Below are positions 29,781 to 38,127 of a stretch of DNA of 64,000 nt, one piece after another. The notes under the pieces are model-generated. The model had not been told where the DNA came from. It was given only the letters and a program-made list of their open reading frames with translations, and did not search any database. The position numbers were made by a program, and so were the translations under genes. The DNA comes from Gloeobacterales cyanobacterium (lineage in GTDB: Bacteria > Cyanobacteriota > Cyanobacteriia > Gloeobacterales > PMM-0068). Location: contig JBBRSB010000005.1 of the NCBI GenBank assembly GCA_038245785.1, positions 32,001-96,000 on the forward strand. Direction: 5' to 3'. Positions within the stretch are counted from its first letter, which is position 1; every line of letters starts with the position of its first letter.

Positions 29781-30019
29781 AGCAGCTTAAATTAGCAGGA
29801 TACCCAGAAAATTTCTGGATATAACTCAATATTGGAATGTCATCTGGAAATGCCTAGACCAAGGGAGAGATGTAATCGGAATCCATCAATTTCTAGGGAG
29901 TCAGGCGGGCAAACTCTCCCAAAAGAGTCTCTACTTACAAAAATCTGTAGAAGGGGAATTGAAGCATTAGAGCAGTTTTATAGATTTAAGTAGTTGCATG
30001 AATTTTAATTAGCAATCAC

Positions 30020-30427
30020 TTAATAGTTTGCGAAGAAAACACTAGGTGAAACGTGAAGATATTCTGCAAGTTTCTGAATGTTCTCAACCGTGAGATTGCG
30101 CTCTCCGTGCAGCACTGCAGACACAATAGATTCGGTCTTAAAGATAGGAACTAAGTCTTTCTGCCGAAGCTCATGCTCTTCGATGAGTACCTTCAGCAAC
30201 TCGACTCCATAAATATCAGGAATGGGATGATGAATCTGCTCATACTCATGAATAAGGGTACCGAGCACATTAATGTACTCACGCTCTGCTTGTCCCATCG
30301 GTCCTTGGTCCAGTATTGAATTAACAGCATTTTGTGTCTGCTTCAACTCTTCCTCCGATTTGATGGGCCGGGGAGGGAATGCTAAAAGCAGTTCTGCGTA
30401 TCTGCTATCGCTTAAACCAACGGTCAT
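30020..30427 (-). CDS. higA: HigA-type HTH antitoxin
   Basis: PRPIKSEEE...LRQKDLVPIFKTESIVSAVLHGERNLT. Confidence 0.88.
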   Translation of the reverse strand: MTVGLSDSRYAELLLAFPPRPIKSEEELKQTQNAVNSILDQGPMGQAEREYINVLGTLIHEYEQIHHPIPDIYGVELLKVLIEEHELRQKDLVPIFKTESIVSAVLHGERNLTVENIQKLAEYLHVSPSVFFANY

Positions 30428-30581
30428 TTCTTTTCCATTTTTCCTTGTCATATTCAGCGTGTGTCAGGACATACCTGATAAAAACTTTTTGGAGCTCAAA
30501 ATCTACATATGCGATGAGCCTGTGTTTGTTGCCACCAATGTTGAAAACTACGAAATTTCCAACGAGGTCAGCATAGATCAT
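30405..30581 (-). pseudogene. higB: 5'-truncated HigB toxin
   Basis: ADLVGNFVVFNIGGNKHRLIAYVDFELQKVFIRYVLTHAEYDK is the C-terminal half only. Confidence 0.85.
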
Positions 30582-30630
30582 GTGTGAATTGGAGTGTTCA
30601 ATTTGATATTCAGATCGCTTATACCTCTAA

Positions 30631-30659
30631 TTGTTGCGTAGTGCGCAACGCGCTATAGT
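30631..30659 (+). promoter_or_regulatory. higBA promoter with palindromic operator
   Basis: TTGTTG-17 bp-TATAGT overlapping the inverted repeat GTTGCG-N5-CGCAAC. Confidence 0.65.
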
Positions 30660-30665
30660 TGAAAG

Positions 30666-30944
30666 GTGATTAAGTCGTTCCGCCACAAAGGGCTAGAAAA
30701 GCTTTACGAAACGGGCAGCACCGCTAAAGTACAAGCTAATCATGCCAACCGTCTTCGAATGCAACTGGCAGCGCTTGATACTGCCCAATCTATCGAGGAT
30801 ATGGACGTCCCAGGTTTTCGTCTGCACCCACTCAAAGGCAAAGCGAAAGGGCGTTGGTCTATTTGGGTGAATGGCAATTGGCGCATCACATTTGAATATC
30901 GAGATGGGAATGCCTACGTTTTGGACTATGAGGATTATCACTGA
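30666..30944 (+). CDS. higB: HigB (RelE/ParE-family killer) toxin
   Basis: MIKSFRHKGL...PGFRLHPLKG...WSIWVNGNWRITF...DYEDYH. Confidence 0.95.
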   Translation: MIKSFRHKGLEKLYETGSTAKVQANHANRLRMQLAALDTAQSIEDMDVPGFRLHPLKGKAKGRWSIWVNGNWRITFEYRDGNAYVLDYEDYH

Positions 30945-31237
30945 TGGCTATGCACAATCCACCGCACCCTGGCGAGTTTATCCGGTCTGTTTATCTCGAG
31001 CCTTTCGAGATGAGCGTACGCACATTGGCCAAAAACCTCGGAGTTGCTCCGTCTACGCTCAATCGAATAGTTACCAGCAAGAGTGGCGTGAGTCCAGAAA
31101 TGGCGTTACGTCTGTCAAAAGCACTAGGGCGGTCTCCTGAAAGCTGGCTTGCCATGCAGGATCATTATGATCTTTGGCAGGCAAAACAGTATGCCAATCT
31201 GGACAAAGTGCATCACATTGAATTTGTAGTCCTATGA
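30944..31237 (+). CDS. higA: HigA/VapI antitoxin
   Basis: MHNPPHPGEFI...SPEMALRLSKALGRSPESWLAMQ. Confidence 0.95.
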   Translation: MAMHNPPHPGEFIRSVYLEPFEMSVRTLAKNLGVAPSTLNRIVTSKSGVSPEMALRLSKALGRSPESWLAMQDHYDLWQAKQYANLDKVHHIEFVVL

Positions 31238-31281
31238 CCGCTGCGACAAGGTTTCTAATCGAGACCCTGCACAGAAATGCT

Positions 31282-33834
31282 CTAATTTAGGTGGCAGCGG
31301 TGGCTATGCACTAACTGAATAGCATGCTCTTTCCCTGTCATGGTCCTGTACTCAGCCTGGACTAACTGTTCGACATCACTGGGCTTGATAGTAGCTCCAT
31401 CTTTGGTATAGCTGGAGCGATAGCGGAGTACGGCGGCTTGGTTCTTTACTTCCACTAGCTCTAAGTTATGGAGCCAAAAACGCACATCGAGAGGCCAAAC
31501 TTTCCCTGATTTGCGATGGGTCCGCTGGACAAATAGCTTAGGACTCTGGTGTAAGCGCTCGACTAAGTGGGGCCAATCTTCACCACCGACAAAAGTTAGG
31601 TCATAGCCTACTTCCTTGAGGACAGCGCCAGCATGGGCAGCGTTAGTCTCTACGACCTCTGCCTCAAAGAGCGGAATTTCCAGGGGAAGTTGGGCCTGCA
31701 GTTGGACCAGAAAATCTTGGGTTGCCATATCTTGATGCAGTTCAAATTCCGCAATTTCTGCCGTACTGGTCATGCCTAAGGGCAGGGCTGTAGCCACGGA
31801 TATTTTAGGCAGCGGGTGAAAACCTTCGCTAAAGTGCATAGGCAGCTGAGCACGACGGCAGGCTCGCTCAAAAAGCCGAATTAAGTCTAAGTGGCCGATA
31901 AATCGCAGTTCATCTAGTTTCCCAAAACGCACCCGCAGGCGATAGCGTTCCTTTGGGGGAGTGGGCTTTTCTGTATAAGCTTTAGGCATCGCTGGAATCG
32001 GCAGCGATAGATTGGCCCCAAAATCCTCTCCGCAGATGCCACAGTGGGAGCATCCCTCAAACGAACAGTCTGGAACTACTGTAGTCGCCAAGGCCCGCGC
32101 ATAGTCTGCCACCAGCCATGCTTTATCGATGCCCGTATCGATAAAATCCCAGGCAAGAATATCCTCTACGTTTGGAACAGGGCTATTCCAATCGAGTCCA
32201 TGTTCGGCCAGCGCTTGAGACCAAGCTTTATAGACCTTTCCCACCCCGTCATACCAGGCGTCCATGCCTGCCCCTAATTCCCAGGCTCGTTGCACAATCG
32301 GTGCAAATTCCCGTCCGGCTCGGCCCAGTACTTCTTCCATCGCAGAAAGCCGGACATCACTGTAGTTCACCCTGACGCCATTCATGCCGTGAAAAGCATC
32401 TTTTAGGAGAGCCTGTTTATGCTCGAACGCTTCGGTGGACACATGATGCCACTGAAAAGGAGTATGCGGTTTGGGTGTGAAGTTGGAGATGGTCAATTGG
32501 AAATACATCGGTCCTCGGCTGTTGCACTCCTTGCGTAACCAGCGAATAGTCTCGGCGATGCCGACCACATCTTCATCGGTTTCCGTTGGATGACCAATCA
32601 TGAAGTACAGTTTGACCTGTTTCCAGCCATTTTCGTAAGCTGTCTTAATCCCTCGGAGCAGCTCAGGATCGGTAAGCCCTTTGTTAATCACGTCCCGTAG
32701 ACGCTGGGTTCCTGCTTCGGGTGCAAAAGTGAGATTCGGTTTGCGGTCTGCTTGGCCAAAAACTTGAGCCAATTGGTCATCAAAGCGATCTACCCGCTGA
32801 GAGGGCAAACTGACGGAGACTTCTTTGCCCGCCAAGGTTTCTTGGAGGCGTGTCCCGACATAAGGCAGCGAAAGATAATCGGAGCAACTGAGGGAAGACA
32901 GAGAAAATTCGTTATAGCCTGTGGCTTCTAAGCCCTCTTCCATCGCCTGGATCAGCTCTTCGGGGTCCACATCACGGGCAGGACGGGTCAGCATCCCTGG
33001 TTGGCAAAAACGACAGCCTCGAGTACAGCCACGGCGCACTTCCATCACCAGTCGGTCATGGATCGTCGAGACATAGGGGACTAAGCCAATCGAGTAGCGG
33101 GGCATCGGGTCAGCTACCCGACGTAGGATTCTCTCTGGAATGCCCTGGACGAGCGGTTTCAAATTTCCTTGTTCATCCCGTGCATACAGGCTGGGTACAT
33201 AAACGCCTGGCACATGAGCTAAGTCCAAAAGCACTTCTGCACGGCTGAGACCCTGACTTTTTGCTTCTTCCAGGACCAAGCCGATCTCAGGCAAAACCTC
33301 TTCACCATCTCCCAGCACAAAGAAATCAAAGAAGGCACTATAAGGCTCTGGGTTTGAGGTGGCGGTCGGTCCGCCAGCAAAGACTAGAGGAATACTGTTT
33401 TCTTCAGCATCTCCTGCCCATTGAGCAGGTCGGTCTTGGGCGAGTAAAGGAATTTGGGCTAAATCCAGCATTTCCAGAACATTGGTTGCGCCCAATTCAT
33501 AGGCCAGGGAAATACCGATGACATCGAAGTCCTGGAGCGGTTTTCTAGATTCCACGGCAAATAGAGGAATCTTCTGCTGGCGAAGTTTTTGGCTAAAATC
33601 CGTAGCCGGAAGATAGGTCCGGTCACACAGTTGCCGAGGCTGAGTATTGAGGATGGTGTAGAGGATGATATGCCCCAGGTTAGAAGCACCCACCTCATAG
33701 ATTTCGGGGTAGCTCAAGACCCAGTGCACCTGTCTCGCCTCCCAAGGTTTGCGAAAAGCGCCCCACTCATTGCCCAAATAGCGAGCGGGCGTCTGAATAT
33801 CTGGAGTGATCAGGGGCGTAATATCGACAGGCAT
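31282..33834 (-). CDS. TIGR03960-type radical SAM protein fused to a DUF2344 (TIGR03936) domain
   Basis: PARYLGNE, RGCTRGCRFCQ and APEAG motifs; C-terminal RFIGHLDL...EGFHPLPK. Confidence 0.92.
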   Translation of the reverse strand: MPVDITPLITPDIQTPARYLGNEWGAFRKPWEARQVHWVLSYPEIYEVGASNLGHIILYTILNTQPRQLCDRTYLPATDFSQKLRQQKIPLFAVESRKPLQDFDVIGISLAYELGATNVLEMLDLAQIPLLAQDRPAQWAGDAEENSIPLVFAGGPTATSNPEPYSAFFDFFVLGDGEEVLPEIGLVLEEAKSQGLSRAEVLLDLAHVPGVYVPSLYARDEQGNLKPLVQGIPERILRRVADPMPRYSIGLVPYVSTIHDRLVMEVRRGCTRGCRFCQPGMLTRPARDVDPEELIQAMEEGLEATGYNEFSLSSLSCSDYLSLPYVGTRLQETLAGKEVSVSLPSQRVDRFDDQLAQVFGQADRKPNLTFAPEAGTQRLRDVINKGLTDPELLRGIKTAYENGWKQVKLYFMIGHPTETDEDVVGIAETIRWLRKECNSRGPMYFQLTISNFTPKPHTPFQWHHVSTEAFEHKQALLKDAFHGMNGVRVNYSDVRLSAMEEVLGRAGREFAPIVQRAWELGAGMDAWYDGVGKVYKAWSQALAEHGLDWNSPVPNVEDILAWDFIDTGIDKAWLVADYARALATTVVPDCSFEGCSHCGICGEDFGANLSLPIPAMPKAYTEKPTPPKERYRLRVRFGKLDELRFIGHLDLIRLFERACRRAQLPMHFSEGFHPLPKISVATALPLGMTSTAEIAEFELHQDMATQDFLVQLQAQLPLEIPLFEAEVVETNAAHAGAVLKEVGYDLTFVGGEDWPHLVERLHQSPKLFVQRTHRKSGKVWPLDVRFWLHNLELVEVKNQAAVLRYRSSYTKDGATIKPSDVEQLVQAEYRTMTGKEHAIQLVHSHRCHLN

Positions 33835-33904
33835 GGGAACAGCGTAGACAATCTATCTACTATGTACGCCATGAGGCGAAGGGTTCACAAGACTGCTATG
33901 TTCT

Positions 33905-34294
33905 TTAAAGCTTCTTAACGCCACATTTGGTTAACCCTTTGGACTTTTTTGCAAACCGCTCATCAAATGTACATAGCTCTGCACAGTGTTGACTATGAGA
34001 CAGATGAAGGGCATCCGCAAAATCTAAGCCATTCTCATGCCATTGAAGTACTTGAGCCATGGAGTTGTCATGAGCAAGGTACACGTTGGATAAACCAAAA
34101 AGATTTCTAAAGGCTAGAACGATTTCGGTGGGTTTGAACTTGTAAGCAAAACGTAGCACCCACTCAGTTTCTAGGACCACGGTATCTGCAATGAATATTT
34201 CCTGGGCTTTGAAAATCTCGACACTCTTTTGGAACTGTACGGCATCATCCTGGGTTAGCAGTCGGACAATAATATTGGTGTCAACTGCGATCAT
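33905..34294 (-). CDS. vapC: VapC PIN-domain toxin
   Basis: MIAVDTNIIVR, LETEWVL, DFADALH, TFD. Confidence 0.92.
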   Translation of the reverse strand: MIAVDTNIIVRLLTQDDAVQFQKSVEIFKAQEIFIADTVVLETEWVLRFAYKFKPTEIVLAFRNLFGLSNVYLAHDNSMAQVLQWHENGLDFADALHLSHSQHCAELCTFDERFAKKSKGLTKCGVKKL

Positions 34295-34544
34295 GCCATA
34301 GCTCCTCTACTCCTTGGCGAATCGCATCCTCCATATCCACAAGGCTTTTGGGCGGTCCTTGATACTTTAGACAACCTGCTACGTCCTCTAAGGTGGTCTC
34401 GGAAAATGGTTTTTTAGGCTTTAATAAGATGCCATCCCCCATATCAATCGCAACCAACTCCTGACCCACTTCCCAGTGATGAGCCGTACGTAGAGATTTA
34501 GGAATAATTACCTGCCCTTTACTCGACAATTTTGTGGTTTCCAT
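34281..34544 (-). CDS. AbrB/MazE/SpoVT antitoxin
   Basis: TKLSSKGQVIIPKSLR; overlaps vapC. Confidence 0.92.
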   Translation of the reverse strand: METTKLSSKGQVIIPKSLRTAHHWEVGQELVAIDMGDGILLKPKKPFSETTLEDVAGCLKYQGPPKSLVDMEDAIRQGVEELWHDRS

Positions 34545-34708
34545 CAGGCTCCAAAGCCAACAAAGTAAGAAACATGTAAGAATTCTAGCATTTTCAAAAG
34601 AAGTAGGGAGAGCTGATAAGAACTCTTCGAAGCCTCAGTTCCTCTATGAGAGCATACAGTGGCTCCAGTCTTTCCTCGATGAAGCTCTGAGCCACTAAGG
34701 GCAAAATT

Positions 34709-34769
34709 ATTGCAACTATTCTCTACAATGCGTTGCTATTATGTGTATCTATTGAGAATTATATTTATT
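34709..34769. promoter_or_regulatory. Putative Fur boxes upstream of the iron-uptake operon
   Basis: ATTGCAACTATTCTCTA and ATTGAGAATTATATTTATT resemble ATTGAGAATnATTCTCAAT. Confidence 0.6.
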
Positions 34770-34775
34770 TAGCCC

Positions 34776-35789
34776 GTGTTCCCCAAACCTTTTCAATTGA
34801 TTAATCGGCGAACATTACTTCAACTGGGACTTGCAGGGGTAGGGGTGACTGGAGCTGCGCTTGCCTTTAGACAGTTTACTGGGCAAAAGGCCGTTCAGAT
34901 CCCTCCTCTTCCCACCGATGCTCCTACGATTACAGGTCTAAATCCGCTGAAGATGCTGCGGGAGTTCGATTATGGGACGCTCAAGCAGGAAGGCGGAAAG
35001 ACGATCCGAGAATTTCAGATTACGGCGGGAACTTCCACGATTCAGTTAAACAGTGCGGTCTCTTTTGTGAGCTGGAACTTCAATGGCAGAGTTCCAGGGC
35101 CAACCCTGAGGGCTACGGAAGGGGACAGAATTCGGGTGGTGTTTTTCAATAAAGGGGGTCATGCTCATTCCATGCACTTTCACGGGATGCATCCAGCAGG
35201 TATGGATGGTCTAAAACCCATTCGCAATGGTACCGCCACCGTCTACGAATTCGATGCCGAGCCTTTTGGCGTGCATCTCTACCATTGCCATGTGGCTCCT
35301 GTTACCCGTCATGTGGGCAAGGGATTGTATGGCATGTTTATCATTGACCCGCCTGGAGGACGTCCCCCTGCCGATGAAATGGTCCTGATTATGGGTGGTT
35401 ATGACGTCAACGAAGACTTAAAGAATGAGTTTTATGCCTTCAATGCTTTGCCGGATTACTATATGCGTCATCCGATTCCAATCCAGCAGGACCAGCTGAT
35501 TCGGCTCTATTTGCTCAATATGATTGAACTAGACCCCGTAGTCACCTTTCATCTGCATGCCAATATGTTTCAGGTCTATCGGACAGGCCGCACGCTGAGC
35601 CCCACTGAAGAAACAGACGATATCACCATGGGCACTACTGAGCGGCACATTTTGGAGTTTAGTTACCGCTATCCAGGCATGTATATGTTTCATCCTCACC
35701 AGGACTACATCGCCGAACGGGGCTGCATGGGCTCTTTCCAGGTACTAGCGAAAGAGGGAAGTCCATCAACAGGGCACACCATGTCCTGA
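34776..35789 (+). CDS. Tat-exported two-domain multicopper oxidase
   Basis: NRRTLL Tat motif; HSMHFH, YHCH, FHLH and MFHPH copper motifs. Confidence 0.92.
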   Translation: MFPKPFQLINRRTLLQLGLAGVGVTGAALAFRQFTGQKAVQIPPLPTDAPTITGLNPLKMLREFDYGTLKQEGGKTIREFQITAGTSTIQLNSAVSFVSWNFNGRVPGPTLRATEGDRIRVVFFNKGGHAHSMHFHGMHPAGMDGLKPIRNGTATVYEFDAEPFGVHLYHCHVAPVTRHVGKGLYGMFIIDPPGGRPPADEMVLIMGGYDVNEDLKNEFYAFNALPDYYMRHPIPIQQDQLIRLYLLNMIELDPVVTFHLHANMFQVYRTGRTLSPTEETDDITMGTTERHILEFSYRYPGMYMFHPHQDYIAERGCMGSFQVLAKEGSPSTGHTMS

Positions 35790-35806
35790 ATGTAAGGCTA
35801 AAATTT

Positions 35807-35825
35807 GTTGACAACTATTCTCATT
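35807..35825. promoter_or_regulatory. Putative internal Fur box
   Basis: 19-bp imperfect palindrome GTTGACAACTATTCTCATT; shares CAACTATTCTC with the 34709 box. Confidence 0.6.
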
Positions 35826-35875
35826 AGAAATAAAGTAATGAGGTCAGATTTTCAAAAGTAGATAGCTCTTTTGAA

Positions 35876-36898
35876 ATGTGTGAGCAGCTTCTGGAGGTTG
35901 GTGTGCGGATTGTTAAATTCTTTTCAGTGTTGCTCTGTCTTTCAGCTCTGGCTGCCTGTGGAAATGACAGTTCTGTGGCGACTAAAGAAACTCCTAAGGC
36001 TGCGGCAGAGGCTACGACAGGAATGGGGGAAATGGGCACTAGCAAGAGCCCCAAAATCAACATTAACTCCGCCATCCTCTCAGAATTAGACAAATTTGAA
36101 GCCAAATTGGGGGTGGCCGGGCTATCGAATCGTATTCAGGCAGAGCGACCCTATGGTAGTCCCGAAGACTTAGTAGCGAAGAAGGTTGTCACTCAAGAAC
36201 AATTTGACCAAATTAAGGACATGGTGAGCATTGAGGATGTGGTGCTCACGGGTGAAGCCAAAGATGTTGATTACATGCTCAAACTGGGTTTAATGAAAGG
36301 ACACATGCTTGTCGCCAAAGAACTACTAGACCTCAAAAAACCTGACCAAGCCGAACCCCATATTGGGCATCCGGTCGAAGAAATTTATGTAGATGTAGAA
36401 GACCAACTTAATGAGCGCAAGGTTAAAGAGTTTAAAACGGTGCTCATTAACCTCCAGGAATTGATCAAATCTGCGCCCAATGATCCAAAAATGGCAGCAT
36501 CCTACAGCACAGCGATGACAGCTATCAATGATGCCATCAAGGCTCTTCCAGAAGCACAGCGCCAGTCTCCAGGATTTATAGTTCAGGTGATAGATAGTTT
36601 GCTCCAGGCGGCCAGTACGGAGTACACGGCTGCCATCGCCAATGGGAAGATTTCAGCGGCCATTGAGTATCAAGACTCTCGTGGTTTTGTGCTCTATGCC
36701 AATGAACTCTACAGAGGGGTTGCGCCACAGATGCTCAAGTCTAGTCCCGAAGCGCACAAAATCATGGAGGCTAGACTATCTCAGCTTTTAAAGGCATGGC
36801 CAACTGCCACCGCTCCCGCTACTCCTGTTCTAACTACCAAGGAGGTTTCTAAGCTAGTGCAAGATATACAGGCCGCTAAACAAAAGATGACGGCGTAA
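35876..36898 (+). CDS. Lipoprotein with an HhH-like domain and an acidic putative metal-binding domain
   Basis: Lipobox LAAC, KININSA...PYGSPEDL, HPVEEIY and EYQDSRGF; start uncertain. Confidence 0.8.
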   Translation: MCEQLLEVGVRIVKFFSVLLCLSALAACGNDSSVATKETPKAAAEATTGMGEMGTSKSPKININSAILSELDKFEAKLGVAGLSNRIQAERPYGSPEDLVAKKVVTQEQFDQIKDMVSIEDVVLTGEAKDVDYMLKLGLMKGHMLVAKELLDLKKPDQAEPHIGHPVEEIYVDVEDQLNERKVKEFKTVLINLQELIKSAPNDPKMAASYSTAMTAINDAIKALPEAQRQSPGFIVQVIDSLLQAASTEYTAAIANGKISAAIEYQDSRGFVLYANELYRGVAPQMLKSSPEAHKIMEARLSQLLKAWPTATAPATPVLTTKEVSKLVQDIQAAKQKMTA

Positions 36899-36915
36899 AT
36901 GCTTTTTCAGGATAC

Positions 36916-37917
36916 TTGAGGATGTTCATGAATTTTAGTGCTGCCTTACCCACTTTTGTGATTACGCTACGTGAAGGCGTAGAAGCTGCTCTAGTGGTAG
37001 GTATTGTCCTGGCCTATCTCAAGAAAGCAGGGCGTACCCAGCTTAATCCTTGGGTCGGAGCCGGCGTAGCGGTTGGGCTTGTGGCTAGTGTCCTCGTTGG
37101 TATCTTATTTAATGCTTTGATTCAAGGGTTAGGGTCCTCCGATAGTCGATATGCGCCTGTATTCGAACCTTTGTTAGAGGGGACTTTTAGTGTTCTAGCG
37201 ATTGTGATGTTGAGCTGGATGTTGGTTTGGATGACCCAGCAAGCCAAATTCCTTAAAGGACAAGTGGAAGGTGCGGTCGGAACAGTACTCCAAGATGGAC
37301 GCGCTGGTTGGGGAATCTTAGGGCTTATTCTATTTGCTGTCTTGCGAGAAGGCTTTGAAACCGTACTCTTTATCGCTGCCAAGTTTCAGCAAGGACCGAT
37401 GCCCGCACTAGGAGCAATCGCAGGCATAGGAGTCGCTTCTTTGATCGGGATGTTGCTCTTTAAGTGGGGCATCAAAATTAATATCCGTCTCTTTTTCCAA
37501 GTGATGGGTGTTTTTCTGATTTTGATCGTGTCTGGTTTGGTGATTACAGCCCTGAGCCATTTTGATAATGCTGTGCAGATCTTGTCTCAAATGGACCGTC
37601 AGTCTGCATCTCTGTGTTTTTATTACGAGCGTTTTTCTAGAAACCCTTCTTGTGTTTTAGGACCGATGGTCTGGAATGGAACCCATATCCTGCCTGATGA
37701 GAAATTTCCTGGCGTGGTGCTAAGTGCCCTATTCGGTTATTCCCAGAAGCTTTATTTGGTTCAAGCGCTAAGCTACATTGCATTTCTCATGAGCCTAGGA
37801 ATCATCTATTTCAAGAGTATTTCTGTCAAAGCGTTGAGTGCGCCTATAGGTAAGAACGAAAAAAACTTGAGAAATCCAAGTAAGAGTGCCGGGTTACAGG
37901 CTGAAGCCAGACGCTAA
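36916..37917 (+). CDS. FTR1/EfeU-family iron permease
   Basis: Two RExxE motifs (LREGVEA, LREGFET). Confidence 0.95.
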   Translation: MRMFMNFSAALPTFVITLREGVEAALVVGIVLAYLKKAGRTQLNPWVGAGVAVGLVASVLVGILFNALIQGLGSSDSRYAPVFEPLLEGTFSVLAIVMLSWMLVWMTQQAKFLKGQVEGAVGTVLQDGRAGWGILGLILFAVLREGFETVLFIAAKFQQGPMPALGAIAGIGVASLIGMLLFKWGIKINIRLFFQVMGVFLILIVSGLVITALSHFDNAVQILSQMDRQSASLCFYYERFSRNPSCVLGPMVWNGTHILPDEKFPGVVLSALFGYSQKLYLVQALSYIAFLMSLGIIYFKSISVKALSAPIGKNEKNLRNPSKSAGLQAEARR

Positions 37918-38013
37918 CCGGGTTTTGGTTTGAGTTTTTGTTAGGTCTATTCCTAAAAGTTTGTCTTTTAACTAATTTCACTTCTTAAAAACTTATGTAC
38001 TGCTTTTTGTTGT

Positions 38014-38031
38014 TTTACGTAGGTTTACGTA
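38014..38031. promoter_or_regulatory. OmpR/RpaB (HLR1)-like direct repeat upstream of the pilin cluster
   Basis: TTTACGTA-GG-TTTACGTA, 8+2+8 spacing. Confidence 0.4.
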
Positions 38032-38127
38032 GATAGGAGGCACAAAAGTTCTAAGATCGAGCTTGATAGGTCCTACACACAAATGGGGTACTAATACCTT
38101 AATCTGGTTGTTAGTAGAAGCTATGAG

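Noticed and set aside
16600..31240. Prophage or ICE interpretation of the accessory region
   Set aside because: No structural, replication, conjugation or intact integrase genes; no flanking att repeats or tRNA seen
38084..38092. TGGGGTACT as a SigF/SigJ box for the pilin cluster
   Set aside because: Spacing and sequence differ from the two hmp boxes; could be chance
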